Notes under the pieces: generated by a model
Databases searched by the model: none
What the model saw: only the letters and a program-made list of their open reading frames with translations
What the model was told of the DNA's origin: nothing
Assembly: GCA_018396535.1 (NCBI GenBank)
Contig: JAGTQC010000004.1
Coordinates: 32,001 to 96,000 of the forward strand
Length of the DNA stretch: 64,000 nucleotides
Direction: 5' to 3'
From: Candidatus Bathyarchaeota archaeon
Lineage (GTDB): Archaea > Thermoproteota > CALKCG01 > B24 > DRYS01
In this document: piece by piece, positions 39,158 to 49,512 of the stretch
Layout: each line of letters begins with the position of its first letter
Numbering within the stretch: position 1 is the first letter of the stretch
Translations under genes and position numbers: made by a program

Positions 39158-39715
39158 TTAGACTCCTATACCAAATACATCGTTTAAAGCTCTACTAAAC
39201 TCTACTATATCAGACTGTGTGTAAGCTACAAATACTATTTCGCTAAATCTATAACCAGAATCTAACGCTTCCTTCACAACCTCAGCCATAACCCTAACTG
39301 CATCGTATACGGGTAGCCCACCTACACCTGTACCCATACCTGGGAATGCTATCCTACCAACTCTAAGTCTATATGCAGTCTCTAAAGCAGCGGATGTAGC
39401 TCTACGTACTGCTTCTAAGCTTGTTCTCTCAGCAGGCTTCTCCATCGTCGGGGCATGTATAACGTAACGTGCTCTAAGCCTACCAGCTGAGGTAGCTATA
39501 GCTCTACCTACAGGTACTGGTGCATATCTTAGAGCCTCCCTCTCTATCTCCTCTCCCCCATACATCTTTATAACTCCAGCAACCCCCCCACCCATAATCA
39601 TCAAGCTATTAGCAGGGTTAACTATAGCATCTACATCCTCATCTACTATACTACCCATCTTCAAAGTTATCTTAACACTCCTATACTCGAAGCTCAACGG
39701 TAACCCCCAACACAT
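39158..39715 (-). CDS. Macro domain (ADP-ribose-binding, AF1521-like) protein
   Basis: VDAIVNPANS..MGGGVAG, VIHAPTM, IAFPGMGTGVGG; start uncertain. Confidence 0.92.
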   Translation of the reverse strand: MCWGLPLSFEYRSVKITLKMGSIVDEDVDAIVNPANSLMIMGGGVAGVIKMYGGEEIEREALRYAPVPVGRAIATSAGRLRARYVIHAPTMEKPAERTSLEAVRRATSAALETAYRLRVGRIAFPGMGTGVGGLPVYDAVRVMAEVVKEALDSGYRFSEIVFVAYTQSDIVEFSRALNDVFGIGV

Positions 39716-39741
39716 ATATCCTAGTAGAGTAGGTTTAAACG

Positions 39742-40839
39742 TTATCCAAGCTCCTCCATCCTCTCTTTCAGATAGACATCTACTATATAGCTTAGCCCAT
39801 ATCTACTAAACGCTTCCTGCTCAGCTTTACGCTTATGCTGTAGGAATACCTCTATCTCCTTAGACCATATACCAGATCGATACCTTGGATCGTTCTTCAA
39901 TTCATACAGTCTCTTGATATCTATATCCGTTAGCGGATCGCTTGGAAGCTTATACCTACCTATATCCGATGCGTATACACCAGCCCATCTAGCATCTGGT
40001 GTTGTAAGATCTGTAAGGTGAGCAGCGTTAGCTGAACCCGATATTATAACCATAGCTATATGCATACCCCATGGATCCCCATCTACAAATATATATACCG
40101 GTAGTCCTAGCTCTCTATTGAGTCTCCTTATAAGTTTACGTGTAGCTCTAGGAGGCTGACCAGCTGTATGTATGAGTATAGCTTTAAACTTCTCGTATGC
40201 TCTCTCCTCTACGAGCCTCGTGAACATAGCTCCCTTCTCTATAACTATAACCTTCTCAGCTCCGCATTCTACGAATTCAGCTGTAGATAGCGTAGGTCCT
40301 ATAACGAACCCATCTGGATGGCTTAGAAGGTTTATCCTTCTACCTTCATAACCTGGTACCGTGTACTCTATAGTTAGATCTCCGAATATGCTAGATCTCT
40401 CTTCTGGATATATATTGAAATCCTCCCTTGGGTATCCTATAACCGTCTCTAGATCTGTGACTATATCATCACTCTCATACTGATCTACGAAATCTACTTC
40501 GAAGGCTTGAGCCATGTAGAATATATCTCTGAGAGTACTAGTCTTACCTTGGCTACATAACTGATGAGCTATAGCTGCAACCCATACGAGCTGTGTTAGA
40601 GGTCTTAGATGCCTTATATTACGCGTAGTTCTCCTAACCTTATACTCTCCTAGAACGTATTGCCTAAGAATCGGATCATACCTTATATTCTTAGTAGATC
40701 TACTAGGCATAGTTATGTATGGGAATTCACCCTCCTCTATAGTATGGTAGATATCATAGCCTAGCTTCTCTAGGGATGCTAGAACATCCCTCCTCCTCTC
40801 TCTTATAGAGATCCTTCTATATCCTTCGATCCCCTCCAC
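39742..40839 (-). CDS. top6A: DNA topoisomerase VI subunit A
   Basis: STLRDIFY (catalytic Tyr), IEK, GQPPRATR, DGDPWG, KAEQEA. Confidence 0.96.
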   Translation of the reverse strand: MEGIEGYRRISIRERRRDVLASLEKLGYDIYHTIEEGEFPYITMPSRSTKNIRYDPILRQYVLGEYKVRRTTRNIRHLRPLTQLVWVAAIAHQLCSQGKTSTLRDIFYMAQAFEVDFVDQYESDDIVTDLETVIGYPREDFNIYPEERSSIFGDLTIEYTVPGYEGRRINLLSHPDGFVIGPTLSTAEFVECGAEKVIVIEKGAMFTRLVEERAYEKFKAILIHTAGQPPRATRKLIRRLNRELGLPVYIFVDGDPWGMHIAMVIISGSANAAHLTDLTTPDARWAGVYASDIGRYKLPSDPLTDIDIKRLYELKNDPRYRSGIWSKEIEVFLQHKRKAEQEAFSRYGLSYIVDVYLKERMEELG

Positions 40840-42344
40840 TTCTTAACCCTCCTAAGGAGTCTACTTACATCAGGTTCACTCATACCTGTTAGCATAGATG
40901 AGAAACGAGCTATCTTACGCAAATATTTTTCATAGATCGAGAAATACTCCCTAGCCTTCTCAACCCTCCTCTTATGTGAAAGATACTCTGAGAGTCTACG
41001 CGCAGCTATCCTTATAGCACGTGTTATCTCAGCTTCTATTTCAGGTCTATCTGCGATAAACTCTTTACCAAGAGTCCTATAGGGGATACGGGTTGAGCAT
41101 ATATGAACTATAACAGCTATAGGATCCTTTGCAGGATCTATCTTATAATGCTTCCAATCTATAATCTGGTTTACAACCTTCCACGATACATCGCTAGATT
41201 CATCGTAGAGTAGGGGTATCTTATTAGCGAACCTATAGAGGGTTATCCTACCCGTCTGAGGTATACCTCCACCATAGGCTAGAGCTACCTCTACTATAAA
41301 TGGGTAGCCTGAATAGGTGGAAGGCTTCCTCTGAATAGCTGTTACGAATTCTGGGTTCAACTCCTTCTTAACCCCCTCAACTAACAGTTCTTCTCCTAGA
41401 GGTGATAGGCATGATGGATCCGGTGGGAGGAATTCGTCGAAATTCTTTAAAGCATAGGCTAGATCTACTATCTCGCTAGGTGTTAGACTAGCTGGATCCC
41501 TAGCTGGATCTAGACTATACTTCTTCAAGAATTTATCTGTCGTAGCTTCTCCAACTCTATGGAAATTCTCTATCAAGAACTCTCTAAGAGTCTTACAGTT
41601 GGTTGAATTTATCATCTTACGTAGAGTTTCTACATCGACGCCGTGCGGATGGGGTTTAACTTCCCTAGAGGATGCTGGAAGCCTCCTAGTGCTACGCATA
41701 AACGTGTATAGGATACCGTATGGATCTATGAATGTAAGTTCAGCATATGGGTTAGCCATAGCAGTCTCCTTGAAGTATTCGATTATCTTAATAGATGATC
41801 GCTGGTAATCCCCCTCTAGGAATATCTCGATTATAGTCCCCCTCCATCTAGGGCTACCGTTACGATGCACATTCCTCTCCACGATTATAGGATTATTCTT
41901 CTCTATATCGATTAGCAGTCTATACTCGTAGATATACCTATCGCCTATACTCGATATTATATGTACAGGTCTATTAGTCGTTATCTGGCCATACAATATA
42001 GCCATCTTCCCTCCAAGCCCGAATATACCCCTCATCTGCTTCAACGTATGCTTAGATCCATAGAGTATCTTACCGAAAGCGTATGGTATATACTCGCCAG
42101 GTATACCTGAACCGTTATCTTCAACTCTTAGACGGTATACCTCGAATTCGAAACCCTCATCTCTAATCAAGCTTACATGTATATCTGGAGGTACTCCTAT
42201 AGATTCAGCTGCATCTAGGGAGTTCTCTACAAACTCTCTTATCGATGTATATACCGCTCTAGCCGGGTTTGTAAAACCTACTATCTCTCGATGCCTATAG
42301 AAGAATTCTGATGGGGATATTTCTCTAAACTCCTGTCTACTCAT
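40803..42344 (-). CDS. top6B: DNA topoisomerase VI subunit B
   Basis: EFVENSLDA, VEDNGSGI, RGIFGLG, KPHPHGV, RFANKIPLL. Confidence 0.96.
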   Translation of the reverse strand: MSRQEFREISPSEFFYRHREIVGFTNPARAVYTSIREFVENSLDAAESIGVPPDIHVSLIRDEGFEFEVYRLRVEDNGSGIPGEYIPYAFGKILYGSKHTLKQMRGIFGLGGKMAILYGQITTNRPVHIISSIGDRYIYEYRLLIDIEKNNPIIVERNVHRNGSPRWRGTIIEIFLEGDYQRSSIKIIEYFKETAMANPYAELTFIDPYGILYTFMRSTRRLPASSREVKPHPHGVDVETLRKMINSTNCKTLREFLIENFHRVGEATTDKFLKKYSLDPARDPASLTPSEIVDLAYALKNFDEFLPPDPSCLSPLGEELLVEGVKKELNPEFVTAIQRKPSTYSGYPFIVEVALAYGGGIPQTGRITLYRFANKIPLLYDESSDVSWKVVNQIIDWKHYKIDPAKDPIAVIVHICSTRIPYRTLGKEFIADRPEIEAEITRAIRIAARRLSEYLSHKRRVEKAREYFSIYEKYLRKIARFSSMLTGMSEPDVSRLLRRVKKWRGSKDIEGSL

Positions 42345-42406
42345 ACCAGGTTTTAACGTAGCTCTATTCGATGATAGACTATGATATAAGTGTGTTTATA
42401 TGTATA

Positions 42407-42985
42407 CTAGCCTAATTCTGGGGTGCGCCAGAATTCGAACTCCATCCTTTTTATTCTACGTCTCTCTCTGAATAGATACTTGAATACGGTGCTATGCTGC
42501 CTCCCCTCCAATAGCATCCTTATAGCTTGTCTAGCTACTTCAAACCCCTCCCCCGATCCTATTATCGCTATACTCTTGAGCTCATCGGATATGGATATGT
42601 AGCATCCTGTAAGCTCCTCTATAAGTGAACGTATCTTACCATCCCTACCTATTACACGTCCTAGAAGTCTCTCCACATGCGCTCCCTCTATACCTAGATC
42701 CTTCTCTAAATCTATAACTTCAAACATCGCATCCTCTTTAGCTAAGTAGAAAGCCTTCTCAGGTGAGAATCCTAAACCTATAGCGTAGACTATATTCTTA
42801 GCTATCATCATATCGGAGACAGTCTTAGATTCTTCATCTAATACTATCTCGATTCCACCCGAGTTTCCATCGATATAGAGCTTTACACCAAACTCCTTCT
42901 CTATCCTCTGTTTAACCGATCCTCCTCTACCTATCAGTACTCCTACTCTACTAGATGGTATCCTAACGAATACCTTATGAATCAT
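42407..42985 (-). CDS. KH-domain RNA-processing protein (Dim2/Pno1)
   Basis: RVGVLIG.GG..K, AIG.GF.PEKA, GRVIG.DG, G..H..V..YL; conserved position between rio1 and top6B. Confidence 0.92.
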   Translation of the reverse strand: MIHKVFVRIPSSRVGVLIGRGGSVKQRIEKEFGVKLYIDGNSGGIEIVLDEESKTVSDMMIAKNIVYAIGLGFSPEKAFYLAKEDAMFEVIDLEKDLGIEGAHVERLLGRVIGRDGKIRSLIEELTGCYISISDELKSIAIIGSGEGFEVARQAIRMLLEGRQHSTVFKYLFRERRRIKRMEFEFWRTPELG

Positions 42986-43779
42986 AGTATCTCACCGCTA
43001 GCTATACGGCTAGCTAACGCCTCCTCATCATAGAGATCTATGTTGAACTTAGAGAAGAACGAGTTTATATTGCTTATATCTCTAACGAGGAGAAGGTATG
43101 CATTCGGATGTTCTATAGATAGAGCTTGGGATAGATCAAATATCACAGGCTCACTCCTCCAAAACATAATATTATACTCACTTAAATCTCCATGGACTAT
43201 CTCAGCTTTCACCCATAATAAGCTTATATACCTTACTATCTTCCTATAGACTTCTCCAGGATCATCTAATACGATATCCTTGAGTATAGGTGCAGGTACG
43301 CCATTATCGCCTATAAACTCCATAACCAATATATTATCCCTAACGACTATAGGTTTGGGTACGCGTATCCCAGCTTCATAAGCTTGCTCCAAATTCTTAA
43401 ATTCTTTAGAAGCCCAAAGTTTAATCAAAGCTCTAACATCCCGCTTTACTTTCTGAAACCTTGGATCTCCCTCTATGTATTTAAGCATAGATTTGCGTCC
43501 GAAAGCCGATGTAACTGTGAGATAGATCTTTACAGCTAAATCTTCACCTATCTTATTTTTAGCCCAATATACCCTAGATTCTTTACCTGAGCTAACTGCA
43601 CCATACACTCTATATATATACCCCTGCCTCATAAGCTTGTATAGAGATAAAAGTGTAGCTTTATCGAAAACCTCCTCTAATACCGCTTCCTCCTCATCTC
43701 TATCCCTTACTAGGTATCTATCCCTCTCCTCTATTCTTCGTTGCTTATACTCTAACTCTCTAGGCTCCTCCTCAGACAT
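42982..43779 (-). CDS. rio1: RIO1 serine kinase
   Basis: EEVFD, SGKESRVY, AVKIY, Y..GDPRF, W..KEF.NL, VHGDLSEYNI, IFD.SQ. Confidence 0.95.
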   Translation of the reverse strand: MSEEEPRELEYKQRRIEERDRYLVRDRDEEEAVLEEVFDKATLLSLYKLMRQGYIYRVYGAVSSGKESRVYWAKNKIGEDLAVKIYLTVTSAFGRKSMLKYIEGDPRFQKVKRDVRALIKLWASKEFKNLEQAYEAGIRVPKPIVVRDNILVMEFIGDNGVPAPILKDIVLDDPGEVYRKIVRYISLLWVKAEIVHGDLSEYNIMFWRSEPVIFDLSQALSIEHPNAYLLLVRDISNINSFFSKFNIDLYDEEALASRIASGEIL

Positions 43780-43905
43780 GATTCCTCCTACCGTTATACA
43801 TTTATAGCTACTAACTTAAATTGTATCGAGTAGATCTATTTCTGACTGTCTATGTATCCTTATATGATTTAGGTTTAATCTGTAGGCTATGTAGAGGAAT
43901 CCTCT

Positions 43906-44220
43906 TCAAATCTCTAGATTCTTTATATAACCATTCTTCTTAAGCCATTCTACATGGTTATCGGGGTACCTCCAAAGTATAGTTCCCCGTGTCTCCTTCT
44001 GGAACTCCCAAGGCTCTACTAGAACTATATCCCCCTCCTTAATCCATATCCTCCGTTTTATCTTTCCTCTTATACGGCATAGTCTTAGATAACCATCATC
44101 ACATCTGACGTACAACTTATCATCCCCTAGAAACTTCTCTACCACACCCACTACCTGTCCTGGAATCGGTATTATCAGATCTTTAAGCTCTTCTTCGCTT
44201 ATAACTTTCTTCTTTCCCAT
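43906..44220 (-). CDS. eif1a: Translation initiation factor aIF-1A
   Basis: V.C.DG..R.CRI.GK.KRRIWI.EGD.VLV.PW.FQ. Confidence 0.95.
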   Translation of the reverse strand: MGKKKVISEEELKDLIIPIPGQVVGVVEKFLGDDKLYVRCDDGYLRLCRIRGKIKRRIWIKEGDIVLVEPWEFQKETRGTILWRYPDNHVEWLKKNGYIKNLEI

Positions 44221-44350
44221 TCCTCAAACCCCAGATATATGAGTATTGAAGATACTTATAAACCGATATATCCGACCGAAAAGTTGAAATTATACCTATA
44301 AGACTTTTTTATCCGTTCATCCCCTTCTCTAGGATGGAGTAGGGTAAGAT

Positions 44351-44917
44351 ATGTTTAAGGTCTATGAGGTAGAGGATGTAGCTAGAATCCCACCTTCATT
44401 ATTCGGTATGGATATTAGAGAAGCTGCTAAGAAGATTATAGAGGAGAAGTATCTACATATAGTCAACGAGGAGCTTGGATACATAGTAGCTATATTCGAT
44501 GTAGAAGTCGATCCGAAGGGGAAGCTTATAATCGGAGATGGAGCTACATATCATAAAGTTAGGTTTAAAGTTGTATCATTCCATCCATCTCTACAAGAGG
44601 TTGTAGAAGGTGATGTAGTCGATATACAGGAGTTCGGAGCTTTCGTAAGACTCGGACCTATAGATGCCTTCATCCATGTATCACAGATAGCAGACGACTA
44701 TATAGTCTACGATGAGACTCAGCCTGCATTCATATGTAAGAAGACTCGTAGAGTTCTACGTAGGGGTGATATAGTTAGAGCTAGGATTGTAGCTATTAGT
44801 TTATCAAGTGCAGCTAAGAGTAGGGTTGGTTTAACTATGAGGCAGCCGTTTCTAGGTAAACTCGAATGGATACAAGAGGATTTGAAGAAGTTAGAGGAAG
44901 CTAAAGCTAGTGGCTAG
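44351..44917 (+). CDS. rpoE1: RNA polymerase subunit Rpo7 (E')
   Basis: RIPP..FG, IGDGATY, EVVEG, FGAFV.LGP.D..IH.SQI, GLTMRQPFLGK. Confidence 0.96.
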   Translation: MFKVYEVEDVARIPPSLFGMDIREAAKKIIEEKYLHIVNEELGYIVAIFDVEVDPKGKLIIGDGATYHKVRFKVVSFHPSLQEVVEGDVVDIQEFGAFVRLGPIDAFIHVSQIADDYIVYDETQPAFICKKTRRVLRRGDIVRARIVAISLSSAAKSRVGLTMRQPFLGKLEWIQEDLKKLEEAKASG

Positions 44918-44931
44918 CCTGGTGGTGGGTT

Positions 44932-45135
44932 ATGGTGGAGATGGCGTGTCGTAATTGTAGGCAGATATTTGATATACCTAAGGGTATACCGCATATATGT
45001 CCTAATTGTAAGTTACCAACTCTCACAACCGAATGGTCTGGCTTAGTAGTTATAATAGATGTTGAGGATAGCGTGATCGCTAGGGAGATCGGAGCTACTA
45101 AGCCTGGTAGGTACGCCGTAAGGATTGGACGTTAG
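44932..45135 (+). CDS. spt4: Transcription elongation factor Spt4 (RpoE2)
   Basis: ACRNC...CPNC...W.G.V.IID...S.IA......PG.YA. Confidence 0.93.
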   Translation: MVEMACRNCRQIFDIPKGIPHICPNCKLPTLTTEWSGLVVIIDVEDSVIAREIGATKPGRYAVRIGR

Positions 45136-45176
45136 CTTTTTATCGATCAGATACGTTTAGCTCATCTAGAAAGTAT

Positions 45177-45959
45177 TTGAGAAGATTATCGACTGGTATA
45201 CCTGAGTTAGATAATTTAATAGCTGGCGGTATACCTGAAGGCTTCCTCATAGCTCTAACTGGGGAGCCTGGTACTGGTAAGACTATACTTTGTATGCACT
45301 TCATCTCTCAAGGCTTAAAGGAGGGTAGTGGATGTATATATGTTACGACAGAGGAAGATAGAGACTCCATAGTCAATCAAGCAGAACAGTTTAATCTAGG
45401 ATTCGAAGATGGTTTGAAGAAAGGTAAACTCATAGTTATAGATGCGCTAACAGGTTCAGGTGATTGGAGTATCGATACGCTAGATGTAGAGAAGCTTGTA
45501 TCTAAGATTATAGAGGCTAAGAAGGTATTAGGCTATAGTCATGCTAGACTCGTTATAGATAGTCTCTCAGCATTCTGGCTTGATAAACCTGCTATGGCTA
45601 GAAGATACTCGTATAGTATTAAACGGATACTTTCTAGATGGAATTTAACAATACTAGCTACATCTCAATATGCTATAACTACAGCTGATGCGTTCGGTTT
45701 CGGTGTCGAGCATATAGCTGATGGTATAATAAGATTCAGGAGGATTGTGAGAGGAGGGGTGCTCCATAGGTATCTAATCGTAGAGAAGATGAGGCAGACA
45801 CCTCATAGCCTATACATGTATGAGATAGCTATAGTAGATGGTAAAGGTTTAACGCTAATTAGACCTGCTGCTATTAGGATTGAAGATACATCTATACCTA
45901 AAGCAGTTAAGGATATGGTCAAAAGATCTCGTGAAAAAGTTGAACAAGAAGTAGGCTAA
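45177..45959 (+). CDS. Single-domain KaiC/RecA-superfamily ATPase
   Basis: RLSTGI..LD, GEPGTGKT, YVTTEE, VIDSLS, FGFGVEH.ADGII, VEKMRQT. Confidence 0.9.
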   Translation: MRRLSTGIPELDNLIAGGIPEGFLIALTGEPGTGKTILCMHFISQGLKEGSGCIYVTTEEDRDSIVNQAEQFNLGFEDGLKKGKLIVIDALTGSGDWSIDTLDVEKLVSKIIEAKKVLGYSHARLVIDSLSAFWLDKPAMARRYSYSIKRILSRWNLTILATSQYAITTADAFGFGVEHIADGIIRFRRIVRGGVLHRYLIVEKMRQTPHSLYMYEIAIVDGKGLTLIRPAAIRIEDTSIPKAVKDMVKRSREKVEQEVG

Positions 45960-45961
45960 CC

Positions 45962-46993
45962 CTACCTATGTGTGAGTTCTCCAGCTTTTTCAGCTATACG
46001 TCTAGCCATATCTAATGTAGAAGCGTTTCCTCCAAGATCATATGTAACGTATACCCCTTCAGCTATAACATCCTCTGTCGCTTGGAATATCGCCTTACCT
46101 AGATCTTCTTCACCAAGATATTCAAGCATCCATGCAGCTGATAGTATCATAGCCGTAGGGTTAACTTTGTACAGACCCTTATACTTTGGAGCACTTCCGT
46201 GAGCTGGCTCGAACATAGCGTAGCTATCTCCGAAATTACCAGAGTATATACATCCTATACTAGCGACTAAAGCTGCGGCCTCCTCTGAGATTATATCCAT
46301 GAATAGATTCGTACCGAGTATAACATTCTGATTAAATCTTTGAGGATTCTTAACCAGTTGTTGAGCCATGTTATCTATGAAATACTCCTCGTAGGATATA
46401 CCTGGATAAGATTTAGATATTCTATCGACAGACTCTATGAATATACCGTCACATTCTCTCATAATGTTACGCTTAGTAACAACTATAACTTTGCTCCATC
46501 CTCTCTTCTTAGCTATCTCGAAAGCTACACGTGCAACCCTCTCAGATTGTCTAGCTGTAATCTTCCTTATAGCTATAGCTACATCATCAGAAAGCCTATA
46601 CTCTATACCAGAGTATAATCCCTCAGTAGCTTCTCTAACGCATACAAAATCGACTTCACCAAGCCTACCGATCGTACCTTTAAAGGTCTTTATAGGTCTT
46701 ACGTTAGCATATAGATCAAACCTTTGTCTTATACTAACGGGTACGCTCTTAGGAGCCCATCTTTCAGGTATGGTTGTAGTAGGAGCTTTAAGACATGCAT
46801 TACTTTCCTCTAGAATCTTCCACGATTCAGGTGGTATCATAGTATCTCCACCATGCTTAAGCCACCATTCATAGCCTGCTTCACACTCTACTATCTCTAT
46901 ATCCGGGTTTACCGCATCTAAGACTAGTAAAGCTGCTTCTGCAACTTCAGGTCCTATACCATCACCCCTAATTAGAGCTACACGCTTAGTCAA
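45962..46993 (-). CDS. Isocitrate/isopropylmalate dehydrogenase family; possibly homoisocitrate dehydrogenase
   Basis: GDGIGPEV, DLYANVRP, VREATEGLYSG, FEPAHGSAP, NPTAMILS, TYDLGG; downstream of lysY-lysJ. Confidence 0.85.
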   Translation of the reverse strand: MTKRVALIRGDGIGPEVAEAALLVLDAVNPDIEIVECEAGYEWWLKHGGDTMIPPESWKILEESNACLKAPTTTIPERWAPKSVPVSIRQRFDLYANVRPIKTFKGTIGRLGEVDFVCVREATEGLYSGIEYRLSDDVAIAIRKITARQSERVARVAFEIAKKRGWSKVIVVTKRNIMRECDGIFIESVDRISKSYPGISYEEYFIDNMAQQLVKNPQRFNQNVILGTNLFMDIISEEAAALVASIGCIYSGNFGDSYAMFEPAHGSAPKYKGLYKVNPTAMILSAAWMLEYLGEEDLGKAIFQATEDVIAEGVYVTYDLGGNASTLDMARRIAEKAGELTHR

Positions 46994-47077
46994 AGCTAAA
47001 CACCTTTTACTCCCTCATCAAAGTATTGTTGTAGAAAAATTTTTCGCTTAGAATACTAGTTTGAACACTGTATAGCT

Positions 47078-48310
47078 CTACTCTTTAATAGGATGTACTC
47101 TCGTTTTCAGCTTCTCCTCCTCTACAGCTACAAGCTTCTCTAGTATGGATACAGCATATTCAACCTCATCCCTACCTATAACTAGTGGTGGTAGTAGCCT
47201 TACCGTAGTCCTGCCAGAGTATAGTATAAGAAGACCATTAGCTGCTGCACCTAGAACTACATCCTTTACAGGTAGTCTTAGATCGAAAGCCAGCATCAAG
47301 CCTAAGCCTCTTATCTCCCTAACAACTCTATACTTGGATAATCTATCTTGTAGCATACGCTTGAATATAGATCCGATCTCCGATGCTCTTTCTGCTAGAT
47401 TCTCGGAGATCAGTACGTCTATAGTAGCTGAACCAGCTGCGCAAGCTATAGGGTTCCCTCCGAAGGTTGACGTATGTTCACCTATGGATAGCTTATCCAT
47501 TATATCCTTTGATGCTATCGTAGCCCCTATCGGTATACCTGATGCTAAACCTTTAGCTACGCATAGTATATCTGGTATCACCCCCCAGTGTTGAGAAGCC
47601 CACATTTTTCCAGTCCTACAAAGACCGCATTGAATTTCATCAACTATCAAGAGTATACCCTTTTCATCACATACCTCCCTAACCTCCCTTAGATAGCTAT
47701 CTGGAGGTATCTTTACACCCGCCTCACCCTGTACCGGCTCTACTACCACGGCTGCTACGTCATTAGTAGCTAAGCTTCTCAGTTTATCTATATCACCATA
47801 GGGTGCAAATCTAACTTCCCCTATCAATGGTTCGAAGGGGCGTCTATAATCCTCACGCCATGTAACCGATAAGGCGCCCATAGTCTTACCATGATAACCC
47901 CCCATCATCGATATGAAAACCTTTCTACCCGTATACTTCCTAGCAATCTTTAAAGCTGCTTCGATAGCTTCGGCTCCACTATTAGATAGGAAGACTTTAT
48001 CTAAGCCTCTCGGAGCTATCGATACAAGCTTCTCTATGAATTCAGCTCTAGCATCGTTATACATCGATCCATGGCATACTATAAGTTTCTCAGCTTGTCT
48101 TACTATAGCTTCTACTATTTTAGGATGACAATGCCCTACGAGAGCAACACCATATCCACTCATACAATCTACATACTCCCTACCATCGGCATCCCATATT
48201 TTAGCTCCTCTACCCCTGATAGCGACTACAGGAATCTTGCTATATGTTGGTGCTAGTATTCTATTCTCCACATCCACTACTCTATGCTGGTCTACATCGT
48301 ATTTACCCAT
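47078..48310 (-). CDS. lysJ: [LysW]-aminoadipate semialdehyde / acetylornithine aminotransferase
   Basis: DCMSGYGV..VGH, NSGAEA, YHGKTMGALS.TW, EPVQGE, DEIQ, AKGLASG, HTSTFGGNP. Confidence 0.85.
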   Translation of the reverse strand: MGKYDVDQHRVVDVENRILAPTYSKIPVVAIRGRGAKIWDADGREYVDCMSGYGVALVGHCHPKIVEAIVRQAEKLIVCHGSMYNDARAEFIEKLVSIAPRGLDKVFLSNSGAEAIEAALKIARKYTGRKVFISMMGGYHGKTMGALSVTWREDYRRPFEPLIGEVRFAPYGDIDKLRSLATNDVAAVVVEPVQGEAGVKIPPDSYLREVREVCDEKGILLIVDEIQCGLCRTGKMWASQHWGVIPDILCVAKGLASGIPIGATIASKDIMDKLSIGEHTSTFGGNPIACAAGSATIDVLISENLAERASEIGSIFKRMLQDRLSKYRVVREIRGLGLMLAFDLRLPVKDVVLGAAANGLLILYSGRTTVRLLPPLVIGRDEVEYAVSILEKLVAVEEEKLKTRVHPIKE

Positions 48311-48327
48311 ATCCTATACGCATCCTC

Positions 48328-49386
48328 CTAAACAGGGTGTAAACTAGGTATTCTAAGAGCTTCCGTTTCATCGAAACCGAACATTATATTCATACATTGA
48401 ACCGCAGATCCGGCTGCACCTTTAACCAGGTTATCTATAGCTGATAATACTACGATTCTACCTGTATGCTCATCTATCTCGAAACCTATATCGCAAAAGT
48501 TTGATCCTACAACAGCTTTAGGATCCGGATACCTGAATAACCCCTTCCTATCCCTTACGAATCTTATGAACGGCTCGCCTCTATAAAACCCTCTATATAT
48601 CTTCCATAGATCTTTAATATCTAGGCTTCTAGTAGGGTATACATGGCATGTAGCTAATATACCTCTAACCATATCTACTGCATGAGCTGAAAAACCAACT
48701 TTAACAGGGTTTCCAAGCTTTCCAAGCTCCTGCTCTATCTCTGCTACATGTCTATGTCCTGCAGGAGCATAGGGTCTAACTACGTTAGCTCTCTCAGAAT
48801 GGTGTGATGATAAGCTTCTAGATAGGCCGGCTCCAGAAGAGCCTATCTTAACATCGACTACTAGATAATCACCTTGTATAAGCTTCTCTTTAGCTAGGGG
48901 GGCGAGTCCTAGTATAGCTGCTGTAGCCATGCATCCTGGGCATGCAATTAGTCTAGCTGAACGTATCCTATCTCTGTAAAGCTCTGGTAAGCCGTATACA
49001 GCCTCCTCTAGGAGTTTAGGATAGGGGTGGCTCCAATTATACCATCTCCTATATTCATCCGGATTTTTAAGCCTGAAATCTGGGCTTAAATCTATAACCC
49101 TGATACCTGATTCTAGAAGTTTAGGTGTAAGTTCAGATGAAACTTTAGCAGGTGTTGATAGGAATACTACATCGCATTTCGTAAGCCTATCTATATTAGG
49201 TATTTCGAATCTGAGCATGGTTAAGCCTCTAAGATTTGGATGTACTGTGTGAAGATATTCTCCAGCGTTAGTTCTAGATGTAGCTATCTCTAATTCTACA
49301 TTCCTATGTGTTAGGAGTATTCTAAGTAGTTCTCCTCCTGTAAAACCTGATGCGCCTACCACCGCTACCTTAACCATAGGGTACAC
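48328..49386 (-). CDS. lysY: [LysW]-aminoadipate-phosphate / N-acetyl-gamma-glutamyl-phosphate reductase
   Basis: VGASGFTGGEL, DLSPDFRL, PGCMATA, GSSGAG....S.HH.ER..VVRPY...GHRH, IDNLVKGAAG. Confidence 0.88.
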   Translation of the reverse strand: MYPMVKVAVVGASGFTGGELLRILLTHRNVELEIATSRTNAGEYLHTVHPNLRGLTMLRFEIPNIDRLTKCDVVFLSTPAKVSSELTPKLLESGIRVIDLSPDFRLKNPDEYRRWYNWSHPYPKLLEEAVYGLPELYRDRIRSARLIACPGCMATAAILGLAPLAKEKLIQGDYLVVDVKIGSSGAGLSRSLSSHHSERANVVRPYAPAGHRHVAEIEQELGKLGNPVKVGFSAHAVDMVRGILATCHVYPTRSLDIKDLWKIYRGFYRGEPFIRFVRDRKGLFRYPDPKAVVGSNFCDIGFEIDEHTGRIVVLSAIDNLVKGAAGSAVQCMNIMFGFDETEALRIPSLHPV

Positions 49387-49446
49387 CTCTCGATTATACA
49401 GTCTTAGTTGGGTATCCTAACCGGATGACAGATATATCTACTGATA

Positions 49447-49475
49447 AACTTTCCCCTTTTATGAAGGGTAAAGTT
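49447..49475. promoter_or_regulatory. Back-to-back BRE/TATA elements of divergent lysY and rps24e
   Basis: Inverted repeat AACTTTCCCCTT-TTATG-AAGGGTAAAGTT (11/12); each arm leads into a TATA-like run. Confidence 0.5.
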
Positions 49476-49512
49476 AAAATATAGGGTTGATGAAATGCTG
49501 CATAGCTAGGGT

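Noticed and set aside
45177-45959. Circadian clock system
   Set aside because: Single-domain KaiC-like ATPases are common in archaea; no kaiA or kaiB.
49447-49475. Inverted repeat upstream of lysY as a lysine riboswitch or LysM operator
   Set aside because: Adequately explained by two back-to-back BRE/TATA elements; too short for a riboswitch.
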